A stretch of DNA of 63,754 nt, filler included, from Octopus bimaculoides (lineage: Eukaryota), in the NCBI RefSeq assembly GCF_001194135.2. It is 5 parts of 5 records of this genome, joined end to end, with 100 filler letters (N's around TTAATTAATTAA, not from the genome) between each part and the next. Parts side by side here need not be neighbours in the genome. Positions count along the whole stretch, not along the records: positions 1 to 25,933 come from NC_068986.1; positions 26,034 to 36,281 come from NC_068998.1; 3 more parts are not named here. One strand, given 5' to 3'. Positions 13,618 to 26,452 of the stretch are shown piece after piece (the first letter of the stretch is position 1; each line of letters starts with the position of its first letter). Both the position numbers and the translations under genes were made by a program. Below the pieces are notes generated by a model. It saw only the letters and a list, made by a program, of their open reading frames with translations. It was not told the origin of the DNA and did no database searches.

Positions 13618-13869
13618 TGGATACCTGAAGGACATGGTTTACGTCAACAAACCGGAGATCCTGGTGCAACTGAATGAGAACATCATTAGAGAAATCAGAG
13701 ACATGGGGTCTGAAACTCTTCAGGGTGTTATGGTGCAAGTTTTGGAAAGAGCACGAGCATTTAAGTAATGTCATTTTTCATATGTGATATATTGGTGCTG
13801 CGAAATTTGACTGGTGCATAATAATTTCCTTGTATCAAACTTTCATGCATTTATTTGTAAAGTTAAGGA
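13618..13869 (+). mobile_element. Second, inverted copy of the same transposase 3' end
   Basis: GYLKDMVYVNKPEILVQLNENIIREIRDMGSETLQGVMVQVLERAR plus 3' flank; reverse-complement homolog of about 13125-13414. Confidence 0.85.
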
Positions 13870-14947
13870 AAAGTAAATAGAAAGATACTACTGTTTTTGC
13901 AATGATAATATTTCATGTTGAATCAACGATCGTTCATTCATTATTGTAGCAATAGCATGAGAAAGCTAAATGCTTTCAATTCTGTCAGTATACAAGCGGC
14001 CCTGAAAAAACTTTCTGTTATTTGAGTGGCTCGAAATGTAATTCGAGTTGGCCAGACCTGGTCTACATCAAAGTTAGGCGAAACGAAAGCTTCCTCGAAT
14101 TGAAGGAAATAGAGAGACAGCTATTAGGATTTAGCAGTATTTTGCTGCTCACCAATATCGCGTATACCTTTTACTTTCAAACTGAAACCGAAGCCATCAA
14201 GTATACATATATATATCAATGCTGTAATAATCAGTTTCTGAGAGAAATTAGAATAAATTCAAACTATTTGATAGAAACAGCTCACTAATGTTAACATTAT
14301 TATTATATAATACTTAATGCGTGCGTATTATTAAAACGACAGTAGTTGCATTTTTTCTCCTGTAGATGATTTCATTATAGTCGTAGAGTATTAAGCTTAT
14401 ACTATACTTCAAAGGTAAAGCAAAACGAAACTGTCCCGGAAGAGAACGAAGATGATCGCTGACGGTGCTTCGAAGAATTTTGCTATTTGTGAATGACAGG
14501 TATTCGGCTTCGTTTCGAAATGGCATTTATTTTAACAACACATAAACGTTACGTATTTGATATTTGTAATATTTACAGTTCTGAGCTGCTTTTAACATTT
14601 GAAGACACACACACACACACACACTCTCTCTCTCTCTCTCTCACACACACACCCAGACACATACACACATACGTACTCACACGCGCGAGCACACACACTC
14701 AAACACATTTAATTGGTTTCAAAGTTACCTAATTAATCCATTGTATATACTCTCATGTAATGAGTCTTACTTCTCCTATTTGTTGCAGCAAATCTACTCA
14801 CCTATTAATCTGTGTATACGGTTGTATGTATGTATGTATGTATGTATGTATGTCTCTAACTTTCTTTTTCTCTCTCTCTTTTCGTATATATACATACATA
14901 TATATACGTATATATTTATACATCTGTACATATATATATCTATATAT

Positions 14948-14978
<31 letters not shown>

Positions 14979-15189
14979 TATATATATATATNNNNNNNNN
15001 NNNNNNNNNNNNNNNNNNNNNNNNNNNNNNNNNNNNNNNNNNNNNNNNNNNNNNNNNNNNNNNNNNNNNNNNNNNNNNNNNNNNNNNNNNNNNNNNNNNN
15101 NNNNNNNNNNNNNNNNNNNNNNNNNNNNNNNNNNNNNNNNNNNNNNNNNNNNNNNNNNNNNNNNNNNNNNNNNNNNNNNNNNNNNNNNN

Positions 15190-15232
<43 letters not shown>

Positions 15233-16101
15233 TACACGCACACACACATATATATATATATATATAACTCAAGGCTTTATTATTGCCTCTGTTTGCATTT
15301 TCATCACCTGTGTATTTACCATTGAAATAGTTTTAGGGGAAGCAATACTGTGTTGATGATATTTCTTTCACATTGTCACTTTGTATAATTAACTAATTAT
15401 CGTGGCTTATTTCTTTCTTGGTATTAACAAACTTTACAATCAACACCTTCAAAACAATGAAAATTGTGGTTGTATGTTGTAGTATAATATAAACTCGTTA
15501 GAAAGAGGACACTGAAATGACATCGATTCTAACGTCTATAGTTCTCTTTATAATACATTTGTTAAAGCAATAATGAAATTCTATTTTGTTTACCGCTATC
15601 ATTGTTTTTGTAAAAATTATTTTTACTTAAATTTTGAATTGCTTTTCACCACCATGTATTCTTTAAAACAGAACTTTTCCTGGTATTAGTTATTTTGCTT
15701 GTATTTCAGGAGTTACTTAATTACATTGCACTCTATTATATATCACGGACTTATACTCCATTTGATTTCTTAGGTGTCTCATGAGTTCTAGGATGCATAA
15801 CGTGGATGTACGTTCGTTTTTATAGTGTAAAAGTGACTACAGTTATAACTTCCCACTGGACGGTTCGAGTAGTTTGTTGCCAGCATAACTTCTCAGCTAC
15901 GACACAAAGACGCTTGTAGCTGAGTGGAATGGCTCAGTGTAAAATGAAATGTCTTGCTGGAAAACGGAAACCCCAATATTACGATTACCCACTTCCACGC
16001 TACGCTATTTATTGAATGTTTAAAGCAAATTTGCACAACTCAAGTCTGTCTGGTTGTCTGTCTGCATGATTGCATGCCTGCCTGTGTGTCTGTCAGTCCG
16101 T

Positions 16102-16173
<72 letters not shown>

Positions 16174-16822
16174 ATATATATATATATCTATCTATCTATC
16201 TATCTATCTTACTGTCTAGCTAGATAGATAGATAGATAGTTAGCTTTTAAGAAGCCATAGAGTTACTTTGTTTTGATTCTCTTAGTGTTTTCTTGACTGA
16301 GATATTTGGGGTAGTTTACTATTGCCTTCACAAAATGAAAGACCGTTTGCCCGCAAGGGGCTCATCTAGCCTTTGGCAAATTTGCTTATCATCTGGACAC
16401 CCTCCTCACAAAAATAAGAAGCTGCTCAAACAAGGGAGCCAGTGTAGTCGCTGACTACTCGACCATGAAACAGGAGAACAAGTTTCCTTTGCAACAAAAG
16501 CAGGTCTCATTACCCTGTGGTGAGATCCATGACCACGTCTCATCCAATATAATACCTATGCGTAATAGACGGTATTTCATTGAGTACATTGCTTTGTCCA
16601 CGTTTCAAATATTTATGAAGTTTCATCGATTAGATTAGGTTATTTTTTCCAATCAAACCAAATTCAGTTACGTTAAAAAAAATTTATTCCATTAACATGA
16701 ATTAGAGAACAAAATATACACAGACACACACACACATAAATATAGCTATACACACATATATATAAACACATATACATATATATATGTATACATTTATATA
16801 TATATGGATATATACAAATATA

Positions 16823-16865
<43 letters not shown>

Positions 16866-18152
16866 NNNNNNNNNNNNNNNNNNNNNNNNNNNNNNNNNNN
16901 NNNNNNNNNNNNNNNNNNNNNNNNNNNNNNNNNNNNNNNNNNNNNNNNNNNNNNNNNNNNNNNNNNNNNNNNNNNNNNNNNNNNNNNNNNNNNNNNNNNN
17001 NNNNNNNNNNNNNNNNNNNAAGCGATGTAACTATATTTTCCTTAATATCGTAATGATGAAAATATTTTTCTAATATTAAAAAGAAAACATATGCAGACGT
17101 TATTACTGAGAAAAATTTTTTTTTTTTTTTTTTACAAAATATAGTGAGTATTAAGATTCAAATACATTTCAAAAATCAGAAAAAGTATAAACTGTGTAGA
17201 AACAAGCAATAAACATATGAGGAATATGTGATTAAAAAATATACGTAAGATTTCACTTATGAATTTTAAATGAAATTCTTCACATATTACGCCTTGAATT
17301 ACATTCCAACTTGTACAATTTACAGCGTTAAAATTAATAATGTGCAATCGCGTTTTAAACTAACTAAAATCCCAAATAGCTTCTATGCATTTGATATTGA
17401 GTTACGTTGATTAAGGATTATAACAATCACCGTCTCATTTCTTTCTCTATTTATGTATGTGTACATACACAGTCACCCACACACTCGCACACACACAAGA
17501 ACACTAACACATACAAATATATACCGACATGTTTCTGGTTTTATTTCATAATTCGTAAAATACTTTGTGTTTATTTTCTTTTCTTACCTTGTCTTCGTGT
17601 CATACGTTTTACACGATATATATTGATCCTGGTTAGCGTAGAATTCCAAGAACCAAGGAAAATCAATTACGCCGAAAGAGAAAATTGAATAAAAAAAGCA
17701 CTTTACGAAACCAGCGTAGGATCCTCTATGCATGATATAGGCCTTACAGAGTAAATAACAATGAATCTAATAAAGGAAGGGAGTAGTCAAGTAGATGTGG
17801 CGATGATTTCCGTAAACGAATGTTCTTTATTCTACACCACATATAAAGTTATGTGATGCTTACATTATATGAATCGTATGTAACATTACTGTTTATTCAC
17901 TTCCCAAGTCATCCTGAACTGAAACACAAACAGCTTATAATTTTATATTGCATGGACTGTATAACTTTACACGTGGTGTGGGATGAACAATGATCGTTTA
18001 CGGAAACGATCGTAACATTTATTTGGATTCTATTTTTCTGAATCACACCGACACACAGACACACAGACACACAGACACAGACACACAGTCTCTCTCTCAC
18101 ACACATACACACACACACACACACACACAGACACACACACGCACATACACAC

Positions 18153-18204
<52 letters not shown>

Positions 18205-18486
18205 NNNNNNNNNNNNNNNNNNNNNNNNNNNNNNNNNNNNNNNNNNNNNNNNNNNNNNNNNNNNNNNNNNNNNNNNNNNNNNNNNNNNNNNNNNNNNNNN
18301 NNNNNNNNNNNNNNNNNNNNNNNNNNNNNNNNNNNNNNNNNNNNNNNNNNNNNNNNNNNNNNNNNNNNNNNNNNNNNNNNNNNNNNNNNNNNNNNNNNNN
18401 NNNNNNNNNNNNNNNNNNNNNNNNNNNNNNNNNNNNNNNNNNNNNNNNNNNNNNNNNNNNNNNNNNNNNNNNNNNNNNNNNNNNNN

Positions 18487-18544
<58 letters not shown>

Positions 18545-18765
18545 ATATACATATATGTATGTGTGTGTAAGTGTTTGGCTATATGTTTTTGTACCTCCAC
18601 TATCGATTGGCAACCTATGTTGTGTATATGTCCTAGCAACTTAGCCATTGGGCAAAACAAACCGATAGAATAAGTACTGAACTTACAAAGAAAAAATTCT
18701 GGGGTCGATTTCTTCGACTAAAAGCGGTATTCCATCATGACCACAGCCACATGACCAAAACAAAT
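18545..18765 (+). mobile_element. SINE family A, 3' half
   Basis: CCGATAGAATAAGTACT..CTTACAAAGAA..TTCTGGGGTCGATTT..TCGACTAAAAGCGGT..CCA.CATG.CC.CAG, matching 19375-19790 and 43703-43925. Confidence 0.72.
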
Positions 18766-19068
18766 ACAACAATTAAAAAAAAACCATGCCATTTTAACCC
18801 CGAGTAACATCGGGTATCTCTGCTAGTGTATATATGTATGTATAGGTACGTACATACATGCATACATACATACATAAATACATACATTCATACATTCATA
18901 CATACATACATACATACATACATACATACATACATACATACATACATACATGTATACTTGTTACGGAACAGCAGTTGGCATAATCGGAGACAGAAACTGA
19001 CGCTGGCTACAAATTTTCACAGCACACACACACATCTAAACAATCGGAGAGAGAGAGTAGAGAGAGAT

Positions 19069-19135
<67 letters not shown>

Positions 19136-19374
19136 GGAAGAGAGAGAGAGGGGGATGGAGAGAGACAAGAGAGAGATAGAGTAAAACATTAAAATCCGTT
19201 GAAGCAGACGATAATCTGCATTGTCTGACATAAGTATACATAAGAAATTTCCTTGCGGTGTTCTACATATAAGTATATGGCGTGGTGAAGAATGAAGAAT
19301 CTAATTCTTCTTACTCTTTTACTCGTCGAAAGTGAATAATAAACTGCCAAATAATTAAATATACAACGTTGGTA

Positions 19375-19790
19375 TACTCTTTTATACTCTTTTACTTGTT
19401 TCAGTCATTTGACTGCGGCCATGCTGGAGCACCGCCTTTAGTCGAGCAAATCGACCCCGAGACCTATTCTTTGTAAGCCTAGTACTTATTCTATCGGTCT
19501 CTTTTTGCCGAACCGCTAGGTGACGGGGACATAAACACACCAGCATCGGTTGTCAAGCAATGCTAGGAGGACAAACACAGACACACAAACACACACACAT
19601 ATATATATACATATATACGACGGGCTTCTTTCAGTTTCCGTCTACCAAATCCATTCACTCACAAGGCTTTAGTCGGCCCGAGGCTATAGTAGAAGATGCT
19701 TGCCCAAGGTGCCACGCAGTGGGACTGAACCCGGAACCATGTGGTTGGTAAGCAAGCTACTTACCACACAGCCACTCCTGCGCCTATATA
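19375..19790 (-). mobile_element. SINE family A, near full length (tRNA-like head, CORE-like CTTGGGCAAG, internal CA/TA microsatellite, CR1-type tail)
   Basis: Reverse strand reads GGCGCAGGAGTGGCTGTGTGGTAAGTAGCTT..GGTTCAGTCCC..CACCTTGGGCAAG..; tail GGCGGTGCTCCAGCATGGCCGCAGTCAAATGACTGAAACAAGTAAAAGA. Multiple copies in the window. Confidence 0.88.
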
Positions 19791-20200
19791 CAACAGCCAT
19801 TCATTAATAAAATCTGGTCGGTCTTCATCAGAATTACAGATGGTATTATCTTCGCACCCTGACGTTAGTGAGCCTTGATACATGTTTATAATCCAAAGCG
19901 TTGAAACTATGAGTACGGCAAAACACCTGAACTTACCATTCATGATAAAAGCTTTGACAACAGGGAGAACGTGTTGGACTGTTCAAACACATAATAGTAT
20001 CTACGAAAAGACATTACCAAATTTACATCTGCCTTAACCGTGTAAAATATGGCAGACCATTTTTTTTTCTTTTTGCGCCATGTGTTTTTGTGAGCGGGAT
20101 TGGAAACATTACTTTGTCCATCTGTAAAATATAGATACCTTGTACTTATTTAGAGCAAAATAAGTAATTGCATTGGTTTTTAACATTTAACTTCATTAAC

Positions 20201-20390
20201 GTGGCGGCGTGCTGGCAAAATGTTTAGCATACCGGGCTTAGCAGTATTTCGCGTGTCTTTTCATTCTGCTTCGATCGATTTTGCCTTTATCCAGTCGGGG
20301 GTCGATAAAATAAATATCAGTTGAGCACTGTGGTTTATGTAATCAACTCACCCGTCTTCCCAAATGGCTGGCTTAGGGTTACGGTTAGGA
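20201..20390 (+). mobile_element. SINE family B, internally deleted
   Basis: GGCGGCGTGCTGGCAAAATGTTTAGCA..CGATTTTGCCTTTATCC..GGGGTCGATAAAATAAATATCAGTTGAGCACTG. Confidence 0.7.
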
Positions 20391-21094
20391 TCAAATTTCC
20401 AACGAAGGCAGCGAAGTCGAATGAATTTCACACAATTAGTTCAGATAATCCCAATGAGTTTCATGTTTTCCACAATAAGTTATGTGAGGTTTGCTGTTTT
20501 TAAATCAGCCCTACCATACGACTGATTATGAAACAATGATCTGCTATTTGTGATTTTTGTGTGAAATCTCTTTTTAATATTTCATTACCAACTTTGTCAG
20601 AAGTCGAGTGCTGCAGGAAAGGTCGACATCCAAGACTGCAGGTGTTTTGGAGTGGACTCGGTAAAGATAATAAAGTAGAAACTGGGTTTATATGACAATA
20701 TTGATAATGAAAGGAAACACATGTGATTTTGAAATGTCTGAATTGAAGTTGTATGATATCAACTATTTCTAAAAGGCCTAGACCATTCTGAAAAAGGTAA
20801 GTTTGGAGACAACGATACTGGACCAGAAACTGGGATGAGAAATAAGCAATTCTATACCAAGCCTGTTGGTCTTCTTTGGATACTGTCTCGGGAGACTCTG
20901 TATACAACAGCATGATCCCATGCATGGGAGCAGTACACCATTTCGGTCCTTTGGCTGTTCAAGTCTTCAATAAACAATTATTTTAAAGTTTAGTTTTGAG
21001 ATGCAATATTGGGTTACACGACAAAGACTATCATTAATATGAAACTTACCATTTGTAGCTATCTCGAGGGTTCCTGTTACATGTTCTTTAAGCT

Positions 21095-21412
21095 TTGGGT
21101 ACAAACGATGAAAGCGCGTGGCTTAGTCGTTAGGGTATACGGTTTACGATCGTCAGGTAGTAAGTTCCTTCCCTGACAGTGTGTTGTGTCCTTTGAACGA
21201 GACCTATTTCCTGTTGCTCCGGTGTAGTCAACTGGCAAAAATGTGTTGTTCCTGTAATTCAAAAGGCAAAGGTTGTTACATTCTGTGTCAGGCTGGATCT
21301 CTTTGAGAACTACGTTAAAGGCACGCATATATGTGGAGTGCTCAACTGCTTGCAAATTAATTTCAAGTCAGCTGGAACATTCGTCATCGTAACCGACGGA
21401 ATGCCATTTACA
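21095..21412 (+). mobile_element. SINE with head type 2 + tail Y
   Basis: tRNA-like head GCGCGTGGCTTAGTCGTTAGGG; tail GAGAACTACGTTAAAGG..TGTGGAGTGCTCA..GACGGAATGCCA shared with 23690-24075. Confidence 0.65.
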
Positions 21413-22510
21413 GAGGGTTCCATTACGCTTTTCTTTATTACATCTGAATACAGTTATTTGTCTGGCTACTCTTGGATATTATGCAAGCGCTCAGATGTTC
21501 TTACATAAGTTCGTTATAACTCAAGATGATACAAATCAACAGAAACAAACTGACGAACGAATCGTTAGCCTGCGGTTAGAAGTTCCATTCCTTCCAGAGG
21601 AAAAGCTGCATATAATATTCTAACTCGATAGTCGAGGAAATATAGACCTCTGCAACGTATCTCTATGAAGACGGGATATAATCACCAGCAAGTTGGATCC
21701 AGAAAGAGATATTATCTTAGGTTTTAGAGTTAAGATGTTATTTCATTAACTGCTATCTACCGGTTATAACAAAGGACTTAAAGAAAGCTAACATATTTGT
21801 ATATAATGAAAACTTTTTTCGCAATAAACGTACCGTTACTTGTATATCAAAGAAAATTATGCATTCAAATTTGAGAATGTAGGATCTACTATCTTTCAAA
21901 CATTATAAGGAGTGTAGCCACAATCGCAAAACCAACTGAGAATTAATGAAACCAAAATGCATAGCAAAGTAATTGATAATATAGTGATATTATTTAGAAT
22001 ATTTCGGATTCCTAATAGCACAATAGGTGACAGATCCTGCTGCATTTTATTCAGAATACGTATACTGAAATATTTCTTAGTATTATATGGATTTCAAAGC
22101 TTCGGCGCTATTGAATTTATAATACAAGCCATAATTTACTTTTACCTTGTAAAACTCAATTTTTGTATATCTTCAAGCTATATCTACTTTATGTATTTGT
22201 AACTAAACTTCTCCTGAAATTGAAAGCAATATATGAGAAAGAGAAAAAAAGAAAGAAAGAATCACAAGAATTTCAAAAGCTTTCATTTGGTTACGTTTAT
22301 TTGAACATAACATATACGAAGTAATGGTTTGTAGTATTAATATGAAAGAAATTAGCAGAACTTTATGTTCTTCAAACGTACAGATTCACTTCCACATATA
22401 GGTATATATTCATAAATATGAACGTATATGTATATTCATGAAGGAACGGATATGCTTACGTACATAAATAACTATAAGTAAATACAGATACACACACAAA
22501 CACATACATA

Positions 22511-22545
<35 letters not shown>

Positions 22546-23689
22546 CTTTTTATATGATTATGCTGATAGCAGTTACAAATATTTGTGTGCGTGTGTATCT
22601 AAATGCATACTCACACGGACACAGCCACTCACACACGAAAACACACACACATACAAATCTATATATATTCATACACAACTATAGTATACATATTTTTGTA
22701 TCTAACGATAGATATATATGTGTGGAAATATAAGCGTGTGTATGCGTCAATATATATGCATATATATACGTGTGTGTGTATGTGTGTGCGTGCGTGCGTG
22801 TGTACATATATCCACGCATACAAGCATATATATAGACGCAAACATATATACACATATCACACAACAAATAGCTATCCATCTACAAACTTTTGTTATGACA
22901 CAAAACGTACACACACATGCAAGTACACACACAGACACACGCACACGCATACACATACACGTAGCGGGAAAGAGAGTGTCTCACACACGTTTTATTACAA
23001 ACTGTATTACTCTCCTTCGTTCGGTCAATGTTCTAATGAGATTCCGAAACCTATGTTATACTCAGCAGACAATAACATTAAATTTATGAAATATCATATA
23101 TTATATATAACTACACACACACACACATACACGCATACACAAACACACACACATATACACATATACACATATATGTATCTATTTATTACATTATATAACA
23201 CATGAATTTTACTTGTGTTTGTTATATGTTCAATTTTAAGACAATTAAATCTAATTCTCTACCATAGTACTATTCCAGACTTTGTAGTGCGGTGTGTGGA
23301 ATAAAATCCACATTTCACAAAGTATTTGATTCCCGTTCATTTCAAGATGACTACATGTTTATAATTTCACTGATGCCACTCACTCAAACTAAATCATCCG
23401 AAAGGGTAACAAAAACGTCTGTAAACAATTAAATATTTCATAGCCATAAACTTTTTAATTCATAATGTATGAGAAATAGTAAGTCAATATCTTTTTCTCT
23501 TTGTTTTCATTAATTTCACATCGTCTTACATAGTTAACCTAACTTATATTCATTGCTCAAAGTGTTTCAAGCATATTCACCATTTATGCATACAAACGCG
23601 CATACGCATTTACACTCACGCACACATATGCACAGATGTAAGCTTTATACACGAAGTGGGCTATGTATTATGGGTAATGTACTTATGTG

Positions 23690-24075
23690 GAGGTGCAATG
23701 CCCAGTGGTTATGGCAGAGGACTCGCGGTCGTAGGATCGCGGTTTCAATTCCCAGACCGGGCGTTGTGAGTGTTTATTGAGGGAAAACACCTAAAAGCTC
23801 CACGAGGCTCCGGCAGGGGATGGTGGCGAACCCTGCTGTACTCTTTCACCACAACTTTCTCTCACTCTTACGTCCTGTTTCTGTTGTACCTGTAATTTAA
23901 AGGGTCAGCCATGTCACACTCTGTCACGTTGAATATCCCCGAGAACTACGTTAAGGGTACACGTGTCTGTGGAGTGCTCAGCCACTTGCACGTTAATTTC
24001 ACGAGCAGGCTGTTCCGTTGATCGGATCAACTGGAACCCTCGACGTCGTAAGCGACGGAGTGCCAACAACAATGT
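23690..24075 (+). mobile_element. SINE family C head/body + tail Y
   Basis: GGAGGTGCAATGCCCAGTGG..GGTTTCAATTCCCAGACCGGGCGTTGTGAG matches 1070-1372 up to CTGTTTCT, then switches to the tail seen at 21230-21412. Confidence 0.8.
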
Positions 24076-24229
24076 ACTTATAAACCTTATTAGCAGAAAT
24101 ATACGTCGGGCATACATTCGTACATATGGTATATCTCTAGCCACTGCAATGCAGGTATGAACAATAATCTTCAATGTATTTGTCGTCGTTATTAATTTAA
24201 TCTCTCAGTTTTCTTGAAGTAACGTGTTA

Positions 24230-24620
24230 TCAATTTTCTGTGGGAAGGTGTTTCGTAATTCAAAAGTCAACGAAAATATTGCGGTATAGTTATTTTGCCG
24301 GAATGAAATGCCTACGAATCGATTGTAAACTTTAAGATAGATGGACAAATGGACCACATTTGTCCAGCTGGACATCCAAAACATAAATATTCTAATGACA
24401 GAATTAGAGGAATCTGAGACATAATTTTGTTGAAACAATGAATTCTTGTTGATGAAGTAGAAAAATAATAATATGCATATTACACCCGAATCTGCCTATG
24501 GACACTTAGAGAATTATATCCATTGAAATCTGTGGGAAAGGCGATTTCCAAGACAATGCAAAACTGAAGTAGGAAAGATTGCTTTGAGAACTCCCAGTGG
24601 AGTTTGAATTCTTTTTTGGA
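24230..24620 (+). mobile_element. Highly decayed mariner transposase N-terminal region
   Basis: AGHPK..NDRIRGI*DIILLKQ*ILVDEVE and ITPESAYGHL..LWERRFPRQ echo the mariner SGRP..ENIEKVRDMI..ISHGS..ARWVP pattern, with many stops. Confidence 0.45.
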
Positions 24621-25391
24621 GCTAGTATGGGATTGCTATTTTTAGTGGTAGAGTTAAGGCGTTTGCAAATCAGGGAAAACTAATCAAGGCGTTTGAGGTC
24701 AAAGAGCCCGTTGTTTTATATTATAAAGTTACATAAAACATGCACAATGTTTCATCGAGAGAATATATAAAACTATGATAAATCTTGCACGTCATAAATA
24801 GCTTTGTTATATAATATAATATAATGTAATATAATATAGTATATGCTACATCCATAGATTATTATCGTTTATTCGAGTGAGGATTATTGAAGATTTAATT
24901 ACCTACTTTGAGTAGTTGTAAACAAATGTTGGGTACATACAACTTTATATTAATCAGGAGAGGCTCTCGTTATCAGTAAAGTTTCATACTCTTAAAGGAT
25001 CATTATGAAATTGTTATTAAAAGCACTCTTATTGGGTGCTTTATTAAAGCAAGTATACTGATTTGCTAGTTAATTGGCTTAAATATCTTATTAATGGTAT
25101 CAGTTATGATGGAAAAATAAACACGATACAATCAGAAAATCAAAATGTCAGACTGGTATAAATGACTTTGCCTGACACGTCCTACCAATTAAGCTCACTG
25201 TAATCTTAGTTTTGATCGAATTCAAAAGAATGAAAGCAAAAATTTGAACTTAAAACTATGTCATCTTAGAAGGTGAAGAATTGGAACAAGATCAATGAGA
25301 CATTTTATCTACCATTCTAACGAATCATCGCTCTCGTCGTTCGCAGGAGTAGATGCGAATAAAATACGATGTTGATATAGATGTTGCACTG

Positions 25392-25572
25392 AAGGCGCAA
25401 TCGTTAGCATGCCGGGCGAAATCTTTAGCGGCGTTTCGTTCAAATTCCGCCGAGGTCGACTTTGCCCTTCAACCTGTCGAAGTCAATAAAATAAGTACGA
25501 GTTGAGCACTGGAGTAGATTTAATCGACTCAGCCATTCCTCGAAAAATGCTACCTTCTGCAAAAAGTTGAAA
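25392..25572 (+). mobile_element. SINE family B
   Basis: CGTTAGCATGCCGGGCGAAAT..CAAATTCCGCCGAGGTCGACTTTGCC..GTCAATAAAATAAGTAC. Confidence 0.78.
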
Positions 25573-25933
25573 CCGATATAAATGTTGCACTGGCCAGGAT
25601 TAAATTCACATCCTGAGACGTGCAAATGTTGGTTTAGAGCGAGAAACGAGTAAATTGTCGGAATTGCCCACGTCGTTATGCCCCTGATATATACTTGTTA
25701 GAATTACAGAAGATTTATCATATATCGATATCAGATTAACTGGGATAACACATTGTTACTCTTTCCTCGTTCTTTCATCTTACCGTAATGGTTTTGAGAA
25801 GTAACAGAATCTGTCCTTCTACAAACATCTCTATATACACTCGAAACATTGTATACAGCAATTTCTTTCGTATTTCAATTCTTCTTTTGTGCGTGCGTGT
25901 GTGTGTGTGAGTGTGTGTGTGTGTGTGTGCGTA

Positions 25934-26033
25934 NNNNNNNNNNNNNNNNNNNNNNNNNNNNNNNNNNNNNNNNNNNNTTAATTAATTAANNNNNNNNNNN
26001 NNNNNNNNNNNNNNNNNNNNNNNNNNNNNNNNN
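25934..26033. other. Scaffolding linker N44-TTAATTAATTAA-N44 (assembly artefact)
   Basis: 12-mer with stops in all six frames at 25978-25989, flanked by 44 N on each side; the same construct occurs three more times. Confidence 0.92.
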
Positions 26034-26059
26034 ATATATATATATATATATATATACGC

Positions 26060-26452
26060 ACACACACATATCTTTCATCTGTTTCAGTCATTAGATGGCG
26101 GCCATGCTGGGGCACCACCTTTTGGAGATTTTAGTTGAATCGACGCCAATACTTTTTTTTAAGCTTGGCACTTATTCAATCACACTCATTTTGCCGAACC
26201 TCTAAGTTACAGGGACGTAAACACACCAACACCAGTTGTCAAGCAGTGTTGGCGGACAAACACAGAACACACGCACACACACACATATCTGATGACCTTT
26301 TGCAGTTTTTGACAACTAAATCCACTTACAAGGCTTTGGTCAACCTGAGGCTATAAAAGACACTTGCCCAAGGTGCCATGCAGTAGGACTGAACCCAGAA
26401 CCATGTGGTTGGGAAGTAAGCTTCTTACCACACAGCCAGGCTTGTGCCTATA
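26060..26452 (-). mobile_element. SINE family A, near full length, diverged
   Basis: Colinear with 19375-19790 (TTTCAGTCA..GGCCATGCTGG..CACTTGCCCAAGGTGCCA..CTTACCACACAGCC). Confidence 0.85.

Noticed and set aside
14347-14420. Strong plus-strand acceptor TTTTTTCTCCTGTAG followed by AAG|GTAAAG
   Set aside because: All three frames of the implied exon contain stops; it could only be non-coding, and nothing else supports it.
19690-19790. tRNA genes at SINE heads (also about 1300-1372, 23690-23760, 62120-62200)
   Set aside because: A/B boxes are present but no complete cloverleaf is evident, and each continues into a shared SINE body.
20500-20925. 141-codon minus-strand ORF
   Set aside because: No recognisable domain and no supported start or splice context; a length that can arise by chance or from a TE relic.
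25978-25989. TTAATTAATTAA as a PacI-like, homeodomain or piggyBac site
   Set aside because: It is always centred between 44-N flanks, so it is an assembly linker.
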